A DNA stretch of 58,576 nucleotides from Nanobdellota archaeon (GCA_030647965.1 JAUSIT010000038.1:1-58576); one strand, 5' to 3'. Numbered from the stretch's first letter, positions 38,003-48,965 are shown. Notes: generated by a model not told the origin, from the sequence alone. Translations and numbers: made by a program.

Positions 38003-38164
38003 TTATACTACTGGTTTTCGTTTTCTTGGTTTATTCCAGTAAGGAGATTTGCATTTAGGGCATATAATTGGAAGAGTATTGATATTTTGCTTGTTTCTAG
38101 GAACCCATTCATGATTACATCTTTCACATCTAAATCCTTTTAGCTTTATTTCTATTTCTGCAAT
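38003..38164 (-). CDS. Small zinc-ribbon protein (not in ORF track; apparent ATT start)
   Basis: (I)AEIEIKLKGFRCERCNHEWVPRNKQNINTLPIICPKCKSPYWNKPRKRKPVV*. Confidence 0.7.
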   Translation of the reverse strand: MAEIEIKLKGFRCERCNHEWVPRNKQNINTLPIICPKCKSPYWNKPRKRKPVV

Positions 38165-38459
38165 ATTCTTACCTTTTCTATTTTATATAATATTAAATTA
38201 AGTTTCCCTTTATAAACTTACCTACTAAGTAATACCTTTAATAGATATGTTTATAAAGATATATTTACTAAACTATATATCTTATAAGTATAGTTTACTT
38301 GAGAGATTTATAAGTTTTTCTCAATACTTATATAGATGAAGATATTGATGATAAAATGAAAAAAACCTTGGGAATAAGGTTTTTAGTATGCAAGAAAATT
38401 CAAGGAATTTTCTGCCCCTGAAAATCTATCGATTTTCAGTGGTTCAAAATTAAAAATTT

Positions 38460-39218
38460 ATGAACATGAAAAAAATGCCAATAATCTCGATTGCACCGAT
38501 AAGATATTTTGATATTAGTACTACTGATAATCTTATTAAGATAAAAAAATACATTAGAATGGCTAAGAGGGCAGGATCTGATATTATTTGTTTTCCAGAA
38601 TCTTGCATAAAGAAAAATGGATGTATTCAATTAAAAGGCAAATTAATTAATGCAATACAAGAAGAATGCAAGAAAAATTCAATTTGGTGCATTGTAACAG
38701 AAGATTTGTTAATTAATAAAAAACCATTTAATGTTTCTATATTGATTAATAGAAAAGGCAAAATTACAGGCAAGTATAGAAAAATAAATCTTTACGGGGA
38801 TAAAGTAAATCCGGGAAATAAAGTTGAAGTATTTAAAACTGATTTTGGTAAAATAGGTGTTGTCATATGCTGGGATTTGGCTTCTCCTGATTTATTTCAA
38901 ACAATGAGGGAAAAAGGTGCTGAAATTATATTTTGCCCTTCACAATGGTGGTATGATTCAGAACCTCATAAAAATAAACATAAAAAAGAAAGAGAAATGG
39001 TCTTGTTAAAATCTTTAATACTTGCAAGAGCATTTGAAAATGTATGCTTTGTTGCATTGTGTAATCCTTTAGTTGATTCTAAATATCAGGTTTCATATTC
39101 TGCAATTGCATCTCCATTGAAAATTCTTAAAGAGTCTGTAAATGATGAGAAATTAATTAGTGTAGAAGTTGATAGAAAAGAGATAAAGAGATTAAGAAAG
39201 TTTTATGATAATAATTAA
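38460..39218 (+). CDS. Carbon-nitrogen hydrolase (nitrilase family)
   Basis: CFPE, YRKINL, ICWD triad motifs. Confidence 0.92.
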   Translation: MNMKKMPIISIAPIRYFDISTTDNLIKIKKYIRMAKRAGSDIICFPESCIKKNGCIQLKGKLINAIQEECKKNSIWCIVTEDLLINKKPFNVSILINRKGKITGKYRKINLYGDKVNPGNKVEVFKTDFGKIGVVICWDLASPDLFQTMREKGAEIIFCPSQWWYDSEPHKNKHKKEREMVLLKSLILARAFENVCFVALCNPLVDSKYQVSYSAIASPLKILKESVNDEKLISVEVDRKEIKRLRKFYDNN

Positions 39219-39232
39219 ATAATAATCTTTTT

Positions 39233-39325
39233 ATGTCAGAAATGCTGTTAAAGTTGTGGCATTTCTGAGCATCCTAAAAACAAAAAGTATTTATTTTTTA
39301 TAATGTGCCTTTTTGTTTTTCTGAT
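39233..39325 (+). mobile_element. Family A hairpin element supplying the RimK gene's stop
   Basis: AT-GTCAGAAATGC..GCATTTCTGAGCATCCTAAAAACAAAAAG..CTTTTTGTTTTTCTG-AT. Confidence 0.85.
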
Positions 39326-40178
39326 TAATACAAGCTTGTTTTAAGAAATTTAAAGTTAAATCTACTAATTTTTCTCTTTCATTTTCAAAAAAGTCAAAAG
39401 CAGGTTCTGAATTAACTTCTAAAACAAGCCATTTTCCATCTTTTTTTAATAAATCAATGCCGCAAATGTTTATTTTTACTGCTTTGACAACTTTATCTAC
39501 TATTTTTTTTAAATCACTATCTATTTTAAATTTTTTAAATGTTTTTCCATGAACTCCTGTTGCTTTCCAGGTTTTACTTGTTTTAATTGCTGTTTGGACA
39601 ATTTTTTTATTTATTATAGTAATTCTATAAGATGGTGAAAGAACCATTTCTTGAGCAATTATTGGAATTTTTTCAGAGCCTTTTTTCCAGAATTTTTTTA
39701 TGACTCTGACTGCTTGCTCTGGATTTTCTGCTTTTTCAACATATTCTCCCATTGTTCCTACAACTCTTTTTAAAACAACAGGCCAGTGATTAAAATCTTC
39801 TAATTCTTTTTTAGCAATGTTTAGGTTTTCAGATAGTAAAATAGTATTTATTGTAGGGATATTATGCTCTTGACATTTAACATAAAACATCCATTTATCT
39901 TCTGTATAATAGTATAATCTTGAATTATCAATTACTTTTTTTCCAAATTCTTCAATTGTTTTTATATACTCTATAACAAAATCCTCTGCAGTGTTATTAT
40001 ATATTAAATCGCATTTTTTTATTTGTTCTCTAAATTCTTTTTCATCTATTCTTTTAAAAATATTAATTGGAATTAGTTCGATGTTTTTCTTTTTTGCAAG
40101 TTCAAGAAACATTTTTTCTTCTTTTCCAAGATTTTTTCCACTATAAAGAAAACCTATCACACTCTTTTTGCTAGTCAT
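39291..40178 (-). CDS. RimK-like ATP-grasp ligase
   Basis: PVVLK, IIAQE, GIDLL, LEVNSEP. Confidence 0.9.
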   Translation of the reverse strand: MTSKKSVIGFLYSGKNLGKEEKMFLELAKKKNIELIPINIFKRIDEKEFREQIKKCDLIYNNTAEDFVIEYIKTIEEFGKKVIDNSRLYYYTEDKWMFYVKCQEHNIPTINTILLSENLNIAKKELEDFNHWPVVLKRVVGTMGEYVEKAENPEQAVRVIKKFWKKGSEKIPIIAQEMVLSPSYRITIINKKIVQTAIKTSKTWKATGVHGKTFKKFKIDSDLKKIVDKVVKAVKINICGIDLLKKDGKWLVLEVNSEPAFDFFENEREKLVDLTLNFLKQACINQKNKKAHYKK

Positions 40179-40254
40179 ACTAATATTATCTAGTTAATTT
40201 TGTTTTTAAAGTTTGTTAGATTGTTAAGGAAACCTATTAAATTGAGATTTACTA

Positions 40255-40430
40255 TTATTATACTTCGTAGGAATATTAAGTTGCCTAGAAAAAGTTTTAC
40301 TCCCCTATCTTGCGTACTCATTGCAAGAGCAAAAGTTTTTGCGGCTCCTTTCGATTAATTAATATAAATTGTCGCTAGACAATTATAATATTCTTACTTG
40401 TTAAAGCAAACTATTTCAACGCAGTTGTAT
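40255..40430 (+). repeat. Family B repeat, copy 4 (module at 40289-40340)
   Basis: Backbone with ATTGTCGCTAGACAAT hairpin. Confidence 0.85.
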
Positions 40431-40445
40431 GTCTCTATAGATTTT

Positions 40446-41651
40446 TTAACTTAAAAAAGGCAGATAAAAAATCATTGTTGGGACTAGCAGACAGCCCATT
40501 AAAAGACCTTTTCTTATATTTAGATAGTTACAAGTTAATCCTAGGCAAGTTGAAACTAGAAAGACTAAAAATCCTAAAAGTCCTGAAAAAATTAAGACAA
40601 TTATACTTAATAAAAATAAAACTGCTAATGATATTTTTGAATAGTTTATTTTATTTATGTTTTTTATAAAGATTTTGGAAATTTTTAATCCTAGAAAGAA
40701 AACTATCACTGAAGTAATTAGTATTATTAATAAGATGTAAAATATATTTTCTAAAGATAGGAGCATTATTTCATTTATTGCATAGGCAGAGCCTGTTCTT
40801 GATTTTTGAATTAAATATAAAACTACAAATGAAAGAGACATAACTAGTATGTTTACTGAGCCAAGAAGCATTAGAAATTGTTTTCTTGATAGTTTTCCTA
40901 TTATTCCTGAACCAATAATTGCTGCTTGTGATGAGCCTAGTCCTGGTAAAAACGAACATAAAGGTGAGGAAAATAAACTTGCAAGAGCTGGTTTTATTAG
41001 TTCTTTTTTATTTATTATTATTTTTTCTATTTTTTGTTCTGGTAGTTTTGTTTTTTGTGAAAGAGAATAAATTAAAGAAGATGAGCCAAATAAACCTGTT
41101 AATAAAGGAAGAAGAGGCTGTTTTATAGGAAGATTTAAAGTAGATAGTCCTAAAAATCCTGCTAAAATAAAAATAATTAGTGCTAGAACTTTGTTAGTAT
41201 TTTCTTTTAAAATTAGAAAAATGCAAGCCCAGATTAAAATCCAAAACATCATTTTTTGAAAAAAAGGATAAATATTTGGAAGTGTGTAAATAAATAAAGG
41301 AACTAAAAAAATGAGTAAAAATAGTCCTATTAAACATCCTATTAGTGTTAAAAAAACAGCTTCATGGCCTTTTCCTTGAAGAAGCATTTCTTGGCCAGGC
41401 ATTATACTTAAAACAGTGTCTTCATTTGGAGCTCCTAAAAAAATAGAAGGTATAAAATCAATAAATGTGTGTGTTATTGACATTGAAACAATAAAGATTA
41501 CTAGAATAAAGGGAGAGGCAAAAGAAAGAAAAAAAGAAATAGATGAAATTAATAAAACTCCTACCAGATTTATATGAATTCCTGGCATTAGGCCTGTGAA
41601 AGTTCCTGCTAAGATTCCTAGGAATAGTGCGAGAATGATTTCAAATAACAT
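40446..41651 (-). CDS. TctA/DUF112-like multi-pass membrane protein
   Basis: GTFTGLMPGIHIN, DFIPSIFLGAP, LPGLGSSQAA. Confidence 0.88.
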   Translation of the reverse strand: MLFEIILALFLGILAGTFTGLMPGIHINLVGVLLISSISFFLSFASPFILVIFIVSMSITHTFIDFIPSIFLGAPNEDTVLSIMPGQEMLLQGKGHEAVFLTLIGCLIGLFLLIFLVPLFIYTLPNIYPFFQKMMFWILIWACIFLILKENTNKVLALIIFILAGFLGLSTLNLPIKQPLLPLLTGLFGSSSLIYSLSQKTKLPEQKIEKIIINKKELIKPALASLFSSPLCSFLPGLGSSQAAIIGSGIIGKLSRKQFLMLLGSVNILVMSLSFVVLYLIQKSRTGSAYAINEIMLLSLENIFYILLIILITSVIVFFLGLKISKIFIKNINKINYSKISLAVLFLLSIIVLIFSGLLGFLVFLVSTCLGLTCNYLNIRKGLLMGCLLVPTMIFYLPFLS

Positions 41652-41718
41652 TGAAAAATATAGGAAATATTTATATATATGGATTGTTATAGTTTTTTAT
41701 TATTCAAGGAGTAGATAG

Positions 41719-44025
41719 ATGAAACATATTAAAAATTATTTTATATTTTTTACAGTGTTAGTGTTTTCTTTATTATTTGTTATTGCAGAAGATGTTTCTA
41801 CAACAACTACTGATTTAGGAAATAGTGTAACTTCTTCAGTTGATAATTCTCAGGTAGTTCAATCAGATGAAACTAATTTAGCAACTTCAACAACACAATC
41901 AGAAACAGATAGTGCAACTTCAACAACAGAGTTTAATGTTGATGCTGGATTAACTCCTGATAGTCCGTTTTATTTTATTGATAATCTTGCTGAACAAGTT
42001 ACAGTTGGTAATAATCCTGAGAAAGCATTAGATGCTCAAGAAGAGAAAATTGCAGAAGCACAGATTATGGTTGAAGAAGGTCGAACTGAAGAAGCTAAAC
42101 AAGTTTTAGACAAAGCATTACAATATGGAGATATTGTTGAAAAAGAAGCTTCTCCTGAAATGAAACAAAGAATTCAAGAAAGTTCTCAACAAGTTCAAGA
42201 TGTTTTAATTGAAATGAAAAAAGATACAACTGATGAAAAATGGAAAGATGTTAATGATGGATTTGATGAAAATATTGCAAAAGAAAAAACAATGCAAAAA
42301 GCTTCTGAAATTGCATCAAAAATAAAAGAGCTTTGTAATACTCTTGCTACACTTGACCCTATACAATATGCTGATTCATGCGGTTCAAAAACAAATTCTC
42401 CTAAATGGATGAAAGAACAAGATAAGATCTTGACTAAAGAACAAGAACAACAAGCAACAATTTTCTTTGATAAATTATCTCAGTGTTTTGAAACTCCTGA
42501 CAAATGTGATTGTAATGGGATGGGTGTTCAGAGTTTTCAAGATTTTTGCATTGAAAAAAGTTCTTTAGCAGTAAAATGTAAACAAGGTGACAAAGATTCT
42601 TGTACTAATTTTAAGTCAGGGTCAGATCCTACAGAATTACTTCCTGATTATTTAATTCCTATATTTAAAAAAGTTGAATCTAAATATATGAAGGCCGAAT
42701 TTGATACGTATATGCCAGAAGAGTGTTTAAAAGCAGGAGCAAAAACTGCTGAAGAATGTAATAAAGTTATGTTTCAACTTAATGCACCTAAAGAATGTTT
42801 AGAAGCAGGTTATACTGGGAAATCAAAAGAAGATAAAATTAATTGTAATCAATTAATGTTTAAACAAAATGCTCCTAAAGAATGTCTTGATGCTGGAATA
42901 ACTTCTGAAGATCCAGATGCTCCTAGAAAATGTGCAAAATTAATGTTTACAACAAATGCTCCTCAAAAATGCCTTGATGCTGGTTTGACAGGAGAAAATA
43001 GTAAAGATGATAAAAAATGCAGAGAATTAATGCAGGGACAAGAACAGCAAGGGCAACAAGGACAACAATCTTTAATGCCTAAATTTAATAGAGATTGCAA
43101 AGCTATATCTGATACAACTGAAAAAATGAAATGTTATGAAGAATTTTATAATAACGCTCAGGTTCAGGTAAAAGATGAATTTAGGCAAGTAATAGACCAG
43201 AATACTGGGGAGACAATATCTCCTGAAGAAGAAAAATCAAGACAAGAGTGCAAATCCAAAGGAATGGGAACTATTTTAGAATATAAATATGGGAAAAGAA
43301 TAATAATTTGTGTTAATGGAAATGAAGCTGGTTCAAATGGGCAAAGATGTCAATCACAACAAGAAACAGAAAACTTAAAACAAGATTGTAAATCAAGAGG
43401 GCAAGATGCAAAAGTTGAAATTCGTGGTGGATGCCCTTGGGTAATTTGTGTTAGTGGACAGCAAATGCAACAAGCTCAACAAATGCAACAAGCCCAACAA
43501 AATTCACAAGAGCAATTTAATCCTTATGGAAGTTATAATCCTTATATAAAAGAAGATAGATATGGACAAAAATGTCCTGATGGAATTTGCGATGCTGCTG
43601 AAAAAGCAGATGCTTATTTATGCCCTATTGATTGCGGTGGGGCAGGAATGCAACAGCCTCAACAAAATCAACAGCCTCAACAAAATATTCAACAACCTTC
43701 ACAAACACAAAATTGTCAGGAACCTCATCCTGATTGTCCTGGAGCATTTCCTTATTGCCAGAATGGAAATTGGATATGCCCCTCTTCACAGACTCAACAA
43801 AATCAACAACCAATACAACAACCTCAAATTGTAACACCTCCACAAACAGATACAACAACTCAACCAGCAACAAATTCTCCTGCAACAACAGAGCAAACTC
43901 AACAACAACCAGCAACTCAAGAGCCTGCACCCACAACTAGTTCAACAACATCTGGGGGAAGTGGTGGAGGAGAAGTAGCACCTATTACTGGTGCAGTTAT
44001 TTTTTGGAATTATTATTATAATTAA
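41719..44025 (+). CDS. Large secreted Cys-rich protein with DUF5667-like N-domain and Q/T-rich tail
   Basis: Signal peptide, AGLTPDSPFYF, tandem APKECL(E/D)AG repeats, C-terminal PITGAVI. Confidence 0.82.
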   Translation: MKHIKNYFIFFTVLVFSLLFVIAEDVSTTTTDLGNSVTSSVDNSQVVQSDETNLATSTTQSETDSATSTTEFNVDAGLTPDSPFYFIDNLAEQVTVGNNPEKALDAQEEKIAEAQIMVEEGRTEEAKQVLDKALQYGDIVEKEASPEMKQRIQESSQQVQDVLIEMKKDTTDEKWKDVNDGFDENIAKEKTMQKASEIASKIKELCNTLATLDPIQYADSCGSKTNSPKWMKEQDKILTKEQEQQATIFFDKLSQCFETPDKCDCNGMGVQSFQDFCIEKSSLAVKCKQGDKDSCTNFKSGSDPTELLPDYLIPIFKKVESKYMKAEFDTYMPEECLKAGAKTAEECNKVMFQLNAPKECLEAGYTGKSKEDKINCNQLMFKQNAPKECLDAGITSEDPDAPRKCAKLMFTTNAPQKCLDAGLTGENSKDDKKCRELMQGQEQQGQQGQQSLMPKFNRDCKAISDTTEKMKCYEEFYNNAQVQVKDEFRQVIDQNTGETISPEEEKSRQECKSKGMGTILEYKYGKRIIICVNGNEAGSNGQRCQSQQETENLKQDCKSRGQDAKVEIRGGCPWVICVSGQQMQQAQQMQQAQQNSQEQFNPYGSYNPYIKEDRYGQKCPDGICDAAEKADAYLCPIDCGGAGMQQPQQNQQPQQNIQQPSQTQNCQEPHPDCPGAFPYCQNGNWICPSSQTQQNQQPIQQPQIVTPPQTDTTTQPATNSPATTEQTQQQPATQEPAPTTSSTTSGGSGGGEVAPITGAVIFWNYYYN

Positions 44026-44114
44026 GAATTAATTGGGAATTATTTTATATATTTTAATTAGCATTTTAAATGAATATTAAATATATTTATAAATTAAGAT
44101 TGTCTTTTTATATA

Positions 44115-44774
44115 ATGGAATTAGTATCTGTAAATAATATTTCTAAAACATTATCTCATAAAAAAATTTTAGAAAATACTTCTTTTTTACTAAATTCTGG
44201 GGAGATAGTTGGAATTATTGGGTCTTCTGGTTCTGGAAAATCTGTTTTTTTAAAAATTTTAATAGGTTTTTTCAAAGCAGATTCTGGAAAGGTTTTTATT
44301 GATTCTTCCTTGAAAAATTCAATTGGTTTTTCTTTTCAGGAAAATTCTATTTATGAAAATTTAACTATTAGGCAAAATTTAAATTATTTTTCAAAGATAT
44401 ATAACTTAACTTCTAAAGAAATGAAAGAACAAATCCCTTTTTTGATTGAAAGTCTTGATTTGTCTGAATGGCAAAATGTTCTTGTTAAAAAGCTTTCTGG
44501 GGGAACTAAAAAGAGAGTGGATATAGCTTGTGCATTGCTGAAAAATCCAAAATTAGTGATATTTGATGAACCTTTATTGGGGCTTGATCCTGAGAGAATT
44601 TCTAAATTTTTAAAATTAATTATAGATATAAATAAAAAATATAATACTAGCATAATAATAACTTCCCATATGGTCAAAGAAATTTTTCCTATTTGCTCAA
44701 AATTTTTTTTAGTAAAAGATAAAAAAATTTACTTATTAGATAAATCTAAATTAATTGCAAAACCTCCAAAATGA
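44115..44774 (+). CDS. ABC transporter ATP-binding protein (start probably 44115)
   Basis: GSSGSGKS, LSGG, FDEP, SH. Confidence 0.92.
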   Translation: MELVSVNNISKTLSHKKILENTSFLLNSGEIVGIIGSSGSGKSVFLKILIGFFKADSGKVFIDSSLKNSIGFSFQENSIYENLTIRQNLNYFSKIYNLTSKEMKEQIPFLIESLDLSEWQNVLVKKLSGGTKKRVDIACALLKNPKLVIFDEPLLGLDPERISKFLKLIIDINKKYNTSIIITSHMVKEIFPICSKFFLVKDKKIYLLDKSKLIAKPPK

Positions 44775-46372
44775 ATTTTAAAATATTTACTATAATCCAA
44801 AAAAATTTTCTTATAATTTTCAATTCTAAACTATCTTCAATTATGCTTATTTTAGGCCCTATTTTACTGATACTTTTATCATATCCTCTTTTACAAAATA
44901 CTTCTATTAAAAATGTAAATGCAGGAATTTATTCTAGCGTAGATGAAGATTTTACAAAAAATTTTATTGATAAACTTCATCAAAATTCTTTTATAGTAGA
45001 ACGAAAGTATTCGTTAGAATCCTGTAAGCAGGATGTTATAGATTCTGATAAAGATGTTTGTATAGAACTTCAAAGAGAGGCAGGAGGCAATAATCTTAAT
45101 AAGGTTTTTAATAATAATCTTGGATATAGGATAATTCTTTATGTTGATTATTCAAATCAGAGAGTAGTATGGCAAATTATAGCAAGTATACAATCTATTG
45201 TAACTAAAGAATCTGATAATATTAAAAATGATATTATTGTAAATATTCATGATAATCTTAATGAGGTTATTCAATTTTCTGATAGTAATAGTAAATATGT
45301 AGATAATTCGATTATTATTATAGATAACATAAATACTGACTTAAATGATTTAGATAGTGATTTGGGTTCTATAAAAGATGATGCTCATAAGGCTAAATAT
45401 TCTATTATAGAATTAAATAATGACTTGGCAGTGCTATTGCCTTATGCGGCTTCTATAAATAATTCTTTTATGTATGATAAACTTAAAAAAATAAATGATA
45501 GTGCTTCACAAGCAGCTAATTATTCAAATAAAGTTGAAGAAAAAGTAAATTTAATAAATTCTAAAAGTAATATTCCTAATTCAATTAATGGCTTAAATAA
45601 TTTAAAGACTGCTCTTCTAGCTGTAAGAAGTTCTTATGATACTAAACAAAGAGAATTAGAGGATTTAAATAAAATTGATTTAAATAAACTTACAGAACCA
45701 TTGCCATTATCTTATCAATCGGTAATTGATGGAGGAAATTATGCTACACACACTAATCTTAATTTTTTAGATTATTTTTTCCCTACTTTTTTAATAATTT
45801 ATCTGCTTTTTGTATCAATTATATTTTCATCGGTTTTAACTATTAGAGAAAGAATTTCTGGGGCATATTTAAGAAATATAACAAGTGAAGTTTCAAATAT
45901 TAAGTTTATAGTTGGAAATTTTATTACTTTTTTCTTATTTGTCTTATTTCAAATCTTTTTAGTGATTTATATTAGTCATTTCTTTTTGAATATAAATATT
46001 CTTTCAAATCTTTTTCCTTTGTTGATCATGGTTTCTTTTTCAATAACTATTTTTGTTTTAATAGGTATGATTATAGGTTATTATTTTAATTCTCAAGAAT
46101 CTGTTACATTTTCTTCAATTTTTATTTCTATTTTATTATTAATATTTTCTTCTTTAATTACCCCTAAAGAATTTCTTCCCCAATTTTTTTCAAATTTAGT
46201 GTCTTTTATTCCAACAACCTTTTTTGAAACTAAATTTATTTCTTTAATAGTATTTGGCTCTTCATTAAAAATTGGAATTTATGATATTTTATTTTTAGTA
46301 GGTAGTATTTTTGTATTATCCGTATTACTTTTCTTTGCTTATAAAAAATCTAAGTATTTTGAGATGAAGTAG
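44771..46372 (+). CDS. ABC-2 type permease with large coiled-coil loop
   Basis: N-terminal TM, heptad-rich loop, multiple C-terminal TMs, RERISG. Confidence 0.85.
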   Translation: MNFKIFTIIQKNFLIIFNSKLSSIMLILGPILLILLSYPLLQNTSIKNVNAGIYSSVDEDFTKNFIDKLHQNSFIVERKYSLESCKQDVIDSDKDVCIELQREAGGNNLNKVFNNNLGYRIILYVDYSNQRVVWQIIASIQSIVTKESDNIKNDIIVNIHDNLNEVIQFSDSNSKYVDNSIIIIDNINTDLNDLDSDLGSIKDDAHKAKYSIIELNNDLAVLLPYAASINNSFMYDKLKKINDSASQAANYSNKVEEKVNLINSKSNIPNSINGLNNLKTALLAVRSSYDTKQRELEDLNKIDLNKLTEPLPLSYQSVIDGGNYATHTNLNFLDYFFPTFLIIYLLFVSIIFSSVLTIRERISGAYLRNITSEVSNIKFIVGNFITFFLFVLFQIFLVIYISHFFLNINILSNLFPLLIMVSFSITIFVLIGMIIGYYFNSQESVTFSSIFISILLLIFSSLITPKEFLPQFFSNLVSFIPTTFFETKFISLIVFGSSLKIGIYDILFLVGSIFVLSVLLFFAYKKSKYFEMK

Positions 46373-46694
46373 TTATTTTATCAGCAATTATTTGTAAATC
46401 TCCTTTGTATGTTTCTATCTTTCCATTAATTCGAATAGTTTGATTTTCTTTTAGGTTTAGTATTTTGTTTGTGAAAATAATTATTGAAATATTGGAATTT
46501 TGAGGAGTTATAATTATTGAACTTGATTTGTATTCTATTTTTTGAATTGTTATGTCTGTTGAAATTCTTTCTTCAATATTCTCTTTGGTTATTTTATTAA
46601 TATCTATTTGTTTTGGCTCTAAATTTTGAGCAAGAAATAAAAGGAAGATTATTCCTATTATTGAGATTAAAAAAAGAATTTTGCTTTGTTCCAT
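46350..46694 (-). CDS. Membrane-anchored OB-fold protein
   Basis: N-terminal TM; IRINGKIETYKGDLQIIADKI. Confidence 0.75.
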   Translation of the reverse strand: MEQSKILFLISIIGIIFLLFLAQNLEPKQIDINKITKENIEERISTDITIQKIEYKSSSIIITPQNSNISIIIFTNKILNLKENQTIRINGKIETYKGDLQIIADKITTSSQNT

Positions 46695-46732
46695 GTTGAA
46701 TAATAATTATTTACTATCTTCTCTAAGAAGAT

Positions 46733-46831
46733 ATAATGCACTTCAAAAAGTTTTGCTCTTCTATCCCTCGTTACTTATTGTAAGAGCAAAACTTTTTCGT
46801 GGGAATACTAAGTCGCCTGTCGGCTCCTAAC
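46733..46831 (+). repeat. Family B repeat, copy 5 (module at 46745-46797)
   Basis: GCACT-TC-[module]-TC-GTGGGAATACTAAGTCGCCTGTCGGCTCCT. Confidence 0.85.
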
Positions 46832-46957
46832 TTTTATTATCTTGGATTGATATTGCAGTGATAAAACTTTTAACATTATTAATGGATAGTTAATCTTCGC
46901 CAGAAGATTCCATTAATCTTATGATAATATAATAATTTTCCATTTATCTAACCAATC

Positions 46958-47860
46958 TTATTTTGTCTGAAACTCAATTATATCTTTGTCTTTTAATACA
47001 TGACTTAGGCCTACTTCCTGTCCGCCAAACTTAGATGATGGGCCCCAGATTCTAGCTCTTTTGATTTTTTTTGAAAATCCTTTTAGTATTTTTTCTGCAA
47101 CATCTTTTATTGTTGAGTTTTCTTTCATAATCATTGGTTCTTTACTTACTTCTTTTTTTGGCTCTTTTGTGTAAATTCTTATTATTGTAAATGTTTTGAA
47201 TATTTTTTCTTTTAATTCAGCAAGATTTTCATGGTTTATTGAGGAAAATAAGATAAAACTATGTTTTTTTGATTTAAGGGTTTCTGTGATTTTTCTTTTT
47301 TCATTTTCATTAAATAAATCTGTTTTATTAAATAAAATAATTATTTTTGCTCTTGTTTTTTGCAAAAATTGTTCTGATTGTTTTATTTGGTCAAAATTAT
47401 TAATAATTAAAAGAATTGTATCTGTTGTGTTGATTATTCCTCTATCTGTGTTTGGAAAAGGAGGCATATCTACTAATTGAATTTTTAAATCTTCATAATT
47501 CATCATACCTATTTTAGGGATAGTTGTTGAATAAGGATGTTCTGTAACTTGTAATTTTAATCCTGTTAGTAAATTAAAAACAGAAGTTTTTCCTGTATTT
47601 GGGAAACCTAAAATTAGTGCTTGCATTTCTGATTTTTTTATTCCTACTTTTGTTGATTTTGAAGATTTTGAAGTTTTTTCAATTTTTTCAACAAGTTTTT
47701 TATACCTTAGTCTTAAAGCAGCTCTTAGATTCTCACCGCCTTTATGAGCTGGGGCATAAGAAATCATTTTTTCAAGTGCTAAAAGTTTTTCATCTAGTGT
47801 TTTTGTTTGCAGGTATTCTTTTTCAGCATGACCATATTCAGGGCTTGCATTAGTTGTCAT
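46958..47860 (-). CDS. DRG/OBG-family GTPase with TGS domain (start probably 47860)
   Basis: GFPNTGKT, YSTT, DMP, NKTD, C-terminal ARIWGPSSKFGGQEVG. Confidence 0.9.
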   Translation of the reverse strand: MTTNASPEYGHAEKEYLQTKTLDEKLLALEKMISYAPAHKGGENLRAALRLRYKKLVEKIEKTSKSSKSTKVGIKKSEMQALILGFPNTGKTSVFNLLTGLKLQVTEHPYSTTIPKIGMMNYEDLKIQLVDMPPFPNTDRGIINTTDTILLIINNFDQIKQSEQFLQKTRAKIIILFNKTDLFNENEKRKITETLKSKKHSFILFSSINHENLAELKEKIFKTFTIIRIYTKEPKKEVSKEPMIMKENSTIKDVAEKILKGFSKKIKRARIWGPSSKFGGQEVGLSHVLKDKDIIEFQTK

Positions 47861-47936
47861 ATGTTTTTTAAAGGAATTTAACTTAAAAAATCTATGCACT
47901 TAGGAGTTTTATTTTATAACTTAAATTTTTTAGAAT

Positions 47937-48137
47937 TTAATAAACATCTGAAGAAGTTTGATCTGTATTAGGTTTTTTATCTGTATTGGGTTTTTCGTTT
48001 GGAGAATCATATTTATTATACTTTGCAGTCATTTGTTCTAATACTCCTTTTGTTCTAAAATCTATATCAGACATTTCAGATAATGCATAACGTTCTGCCA
48101 TTCTTGCATGATATAAATAGTTACCTAAATTTGTCAT
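47937..48137 (-). CDS. Hypothetical protein
   Basis: Short ORF with KPNTD duplication. Confidence 0.45.
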   Translation of the reverse strand: MTNLGNYLYHARMAERYALSEMSDIDFRTKGVLEQMTAKYNKYDSPNEKPNTDKKPNTDQTSSDVY

Positions 48138-48296
48138 TCTTTTTTTTAGAAATCTTTATTTATAATGTTTTAGATAAACTAATATAGTATTTTACACTCC
48201 TCAAATTATTAATTCAATTAAATCTTAGAATTTTTTATTAAATGTTCTTGTTCTCTTTAACAAATACCTTAAAAACTTGTTATTTCTATTTTTTTT

Positions 48297-48965
48297 ATGA
48301 AACTAGGAGTTTTATTTTCAGGTGGAAAAGATAGTATGTATGCTGCTTATTTGGAAAAGAAAAAAGGCAATGAATTAACTTGCTTAATTTCAATATATTC
48401 TGAAAATAAAGAGAGTTTTATGTTTCATACTCCTTCTATTGAAAAAGTTGAAAAACAAGCAGAGGTTATGGAGATTCCTTTAGTTATTTGGAAAACAAAA
48501 GGAGAAAAAGAAAAAGAGCTTAAAGATTTAGAAGAAGCTATAAAACATGCTAAAGAGAAGTATAAAATAGAAGGGATTGTAACTGGGGCTTTACGAAGTG
48601 TGTATCAAACAGAAAGAATTCAGAAAATCTGTGATAAATTAAAATTAAAATGTATTAATCCTTTATGGCAGAAAGATGAGTTTGAATATTTAGATGAGCT
48701 TTTGAAAAATAAGTTTAAGGTAGTTATTGTTGGAGTTTTTGCTTATCCTCTAAATGAAAAATGGCTTGGAAGAGAGATTGATAAAAAGTTTATTGGAGAT
48801 GTTAGAAAGCTATATGAAAAATATAAAATTCATCCAGCCGGGGAGGGGGGAGAATTCGAGTCATTTGTTTTAGATTGTCCTTTATTTAAAAGGGCTTTGA
48901 AAATAACTGATAAAAAAATATCTGGGGCTGGAAATAGCTGGAAAATTGAGATAGAGGTTGAATAA
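48297..48965 (+). CDS. dph6: Diphthine--ammonia ligase
   Basis: FSGGKDS, SFMFH, PLWQ, GEGGEFES. Confidence 0.92.
   Translation: MKLGVLFSGGKDSMYAAYLEKKKGNELTCLISIYSENKESFMFHTPSIEKVEKQAEVMEIPLVIWKTKGEKEKELKDLEEAIKHAKEKYKIEGIVTGALRSVYQTERIQKICDKLKLKCINPLWQKDEFEYLDELLKNKFKVVIVGVFAYPLNEKWLGREIDKKFIGDVRKLYEKYKIHPAGEGGEFESFVLDCPLFKRALKITDKKISGAGNSWKIEIEVE

Noticed and set aside
38384..38462. Chain of three short hairpins before the nitrilase gene as a family A copy
   Set aside because: Similar style but lacks the GTC..GAGCA signature; too weak to assign
43450..43960. CAA-rich repeats as a DNA element
   Set aside because: Explained by Gln/Thr/Pro low-complexity coding sequence, with no non-coding copies seen
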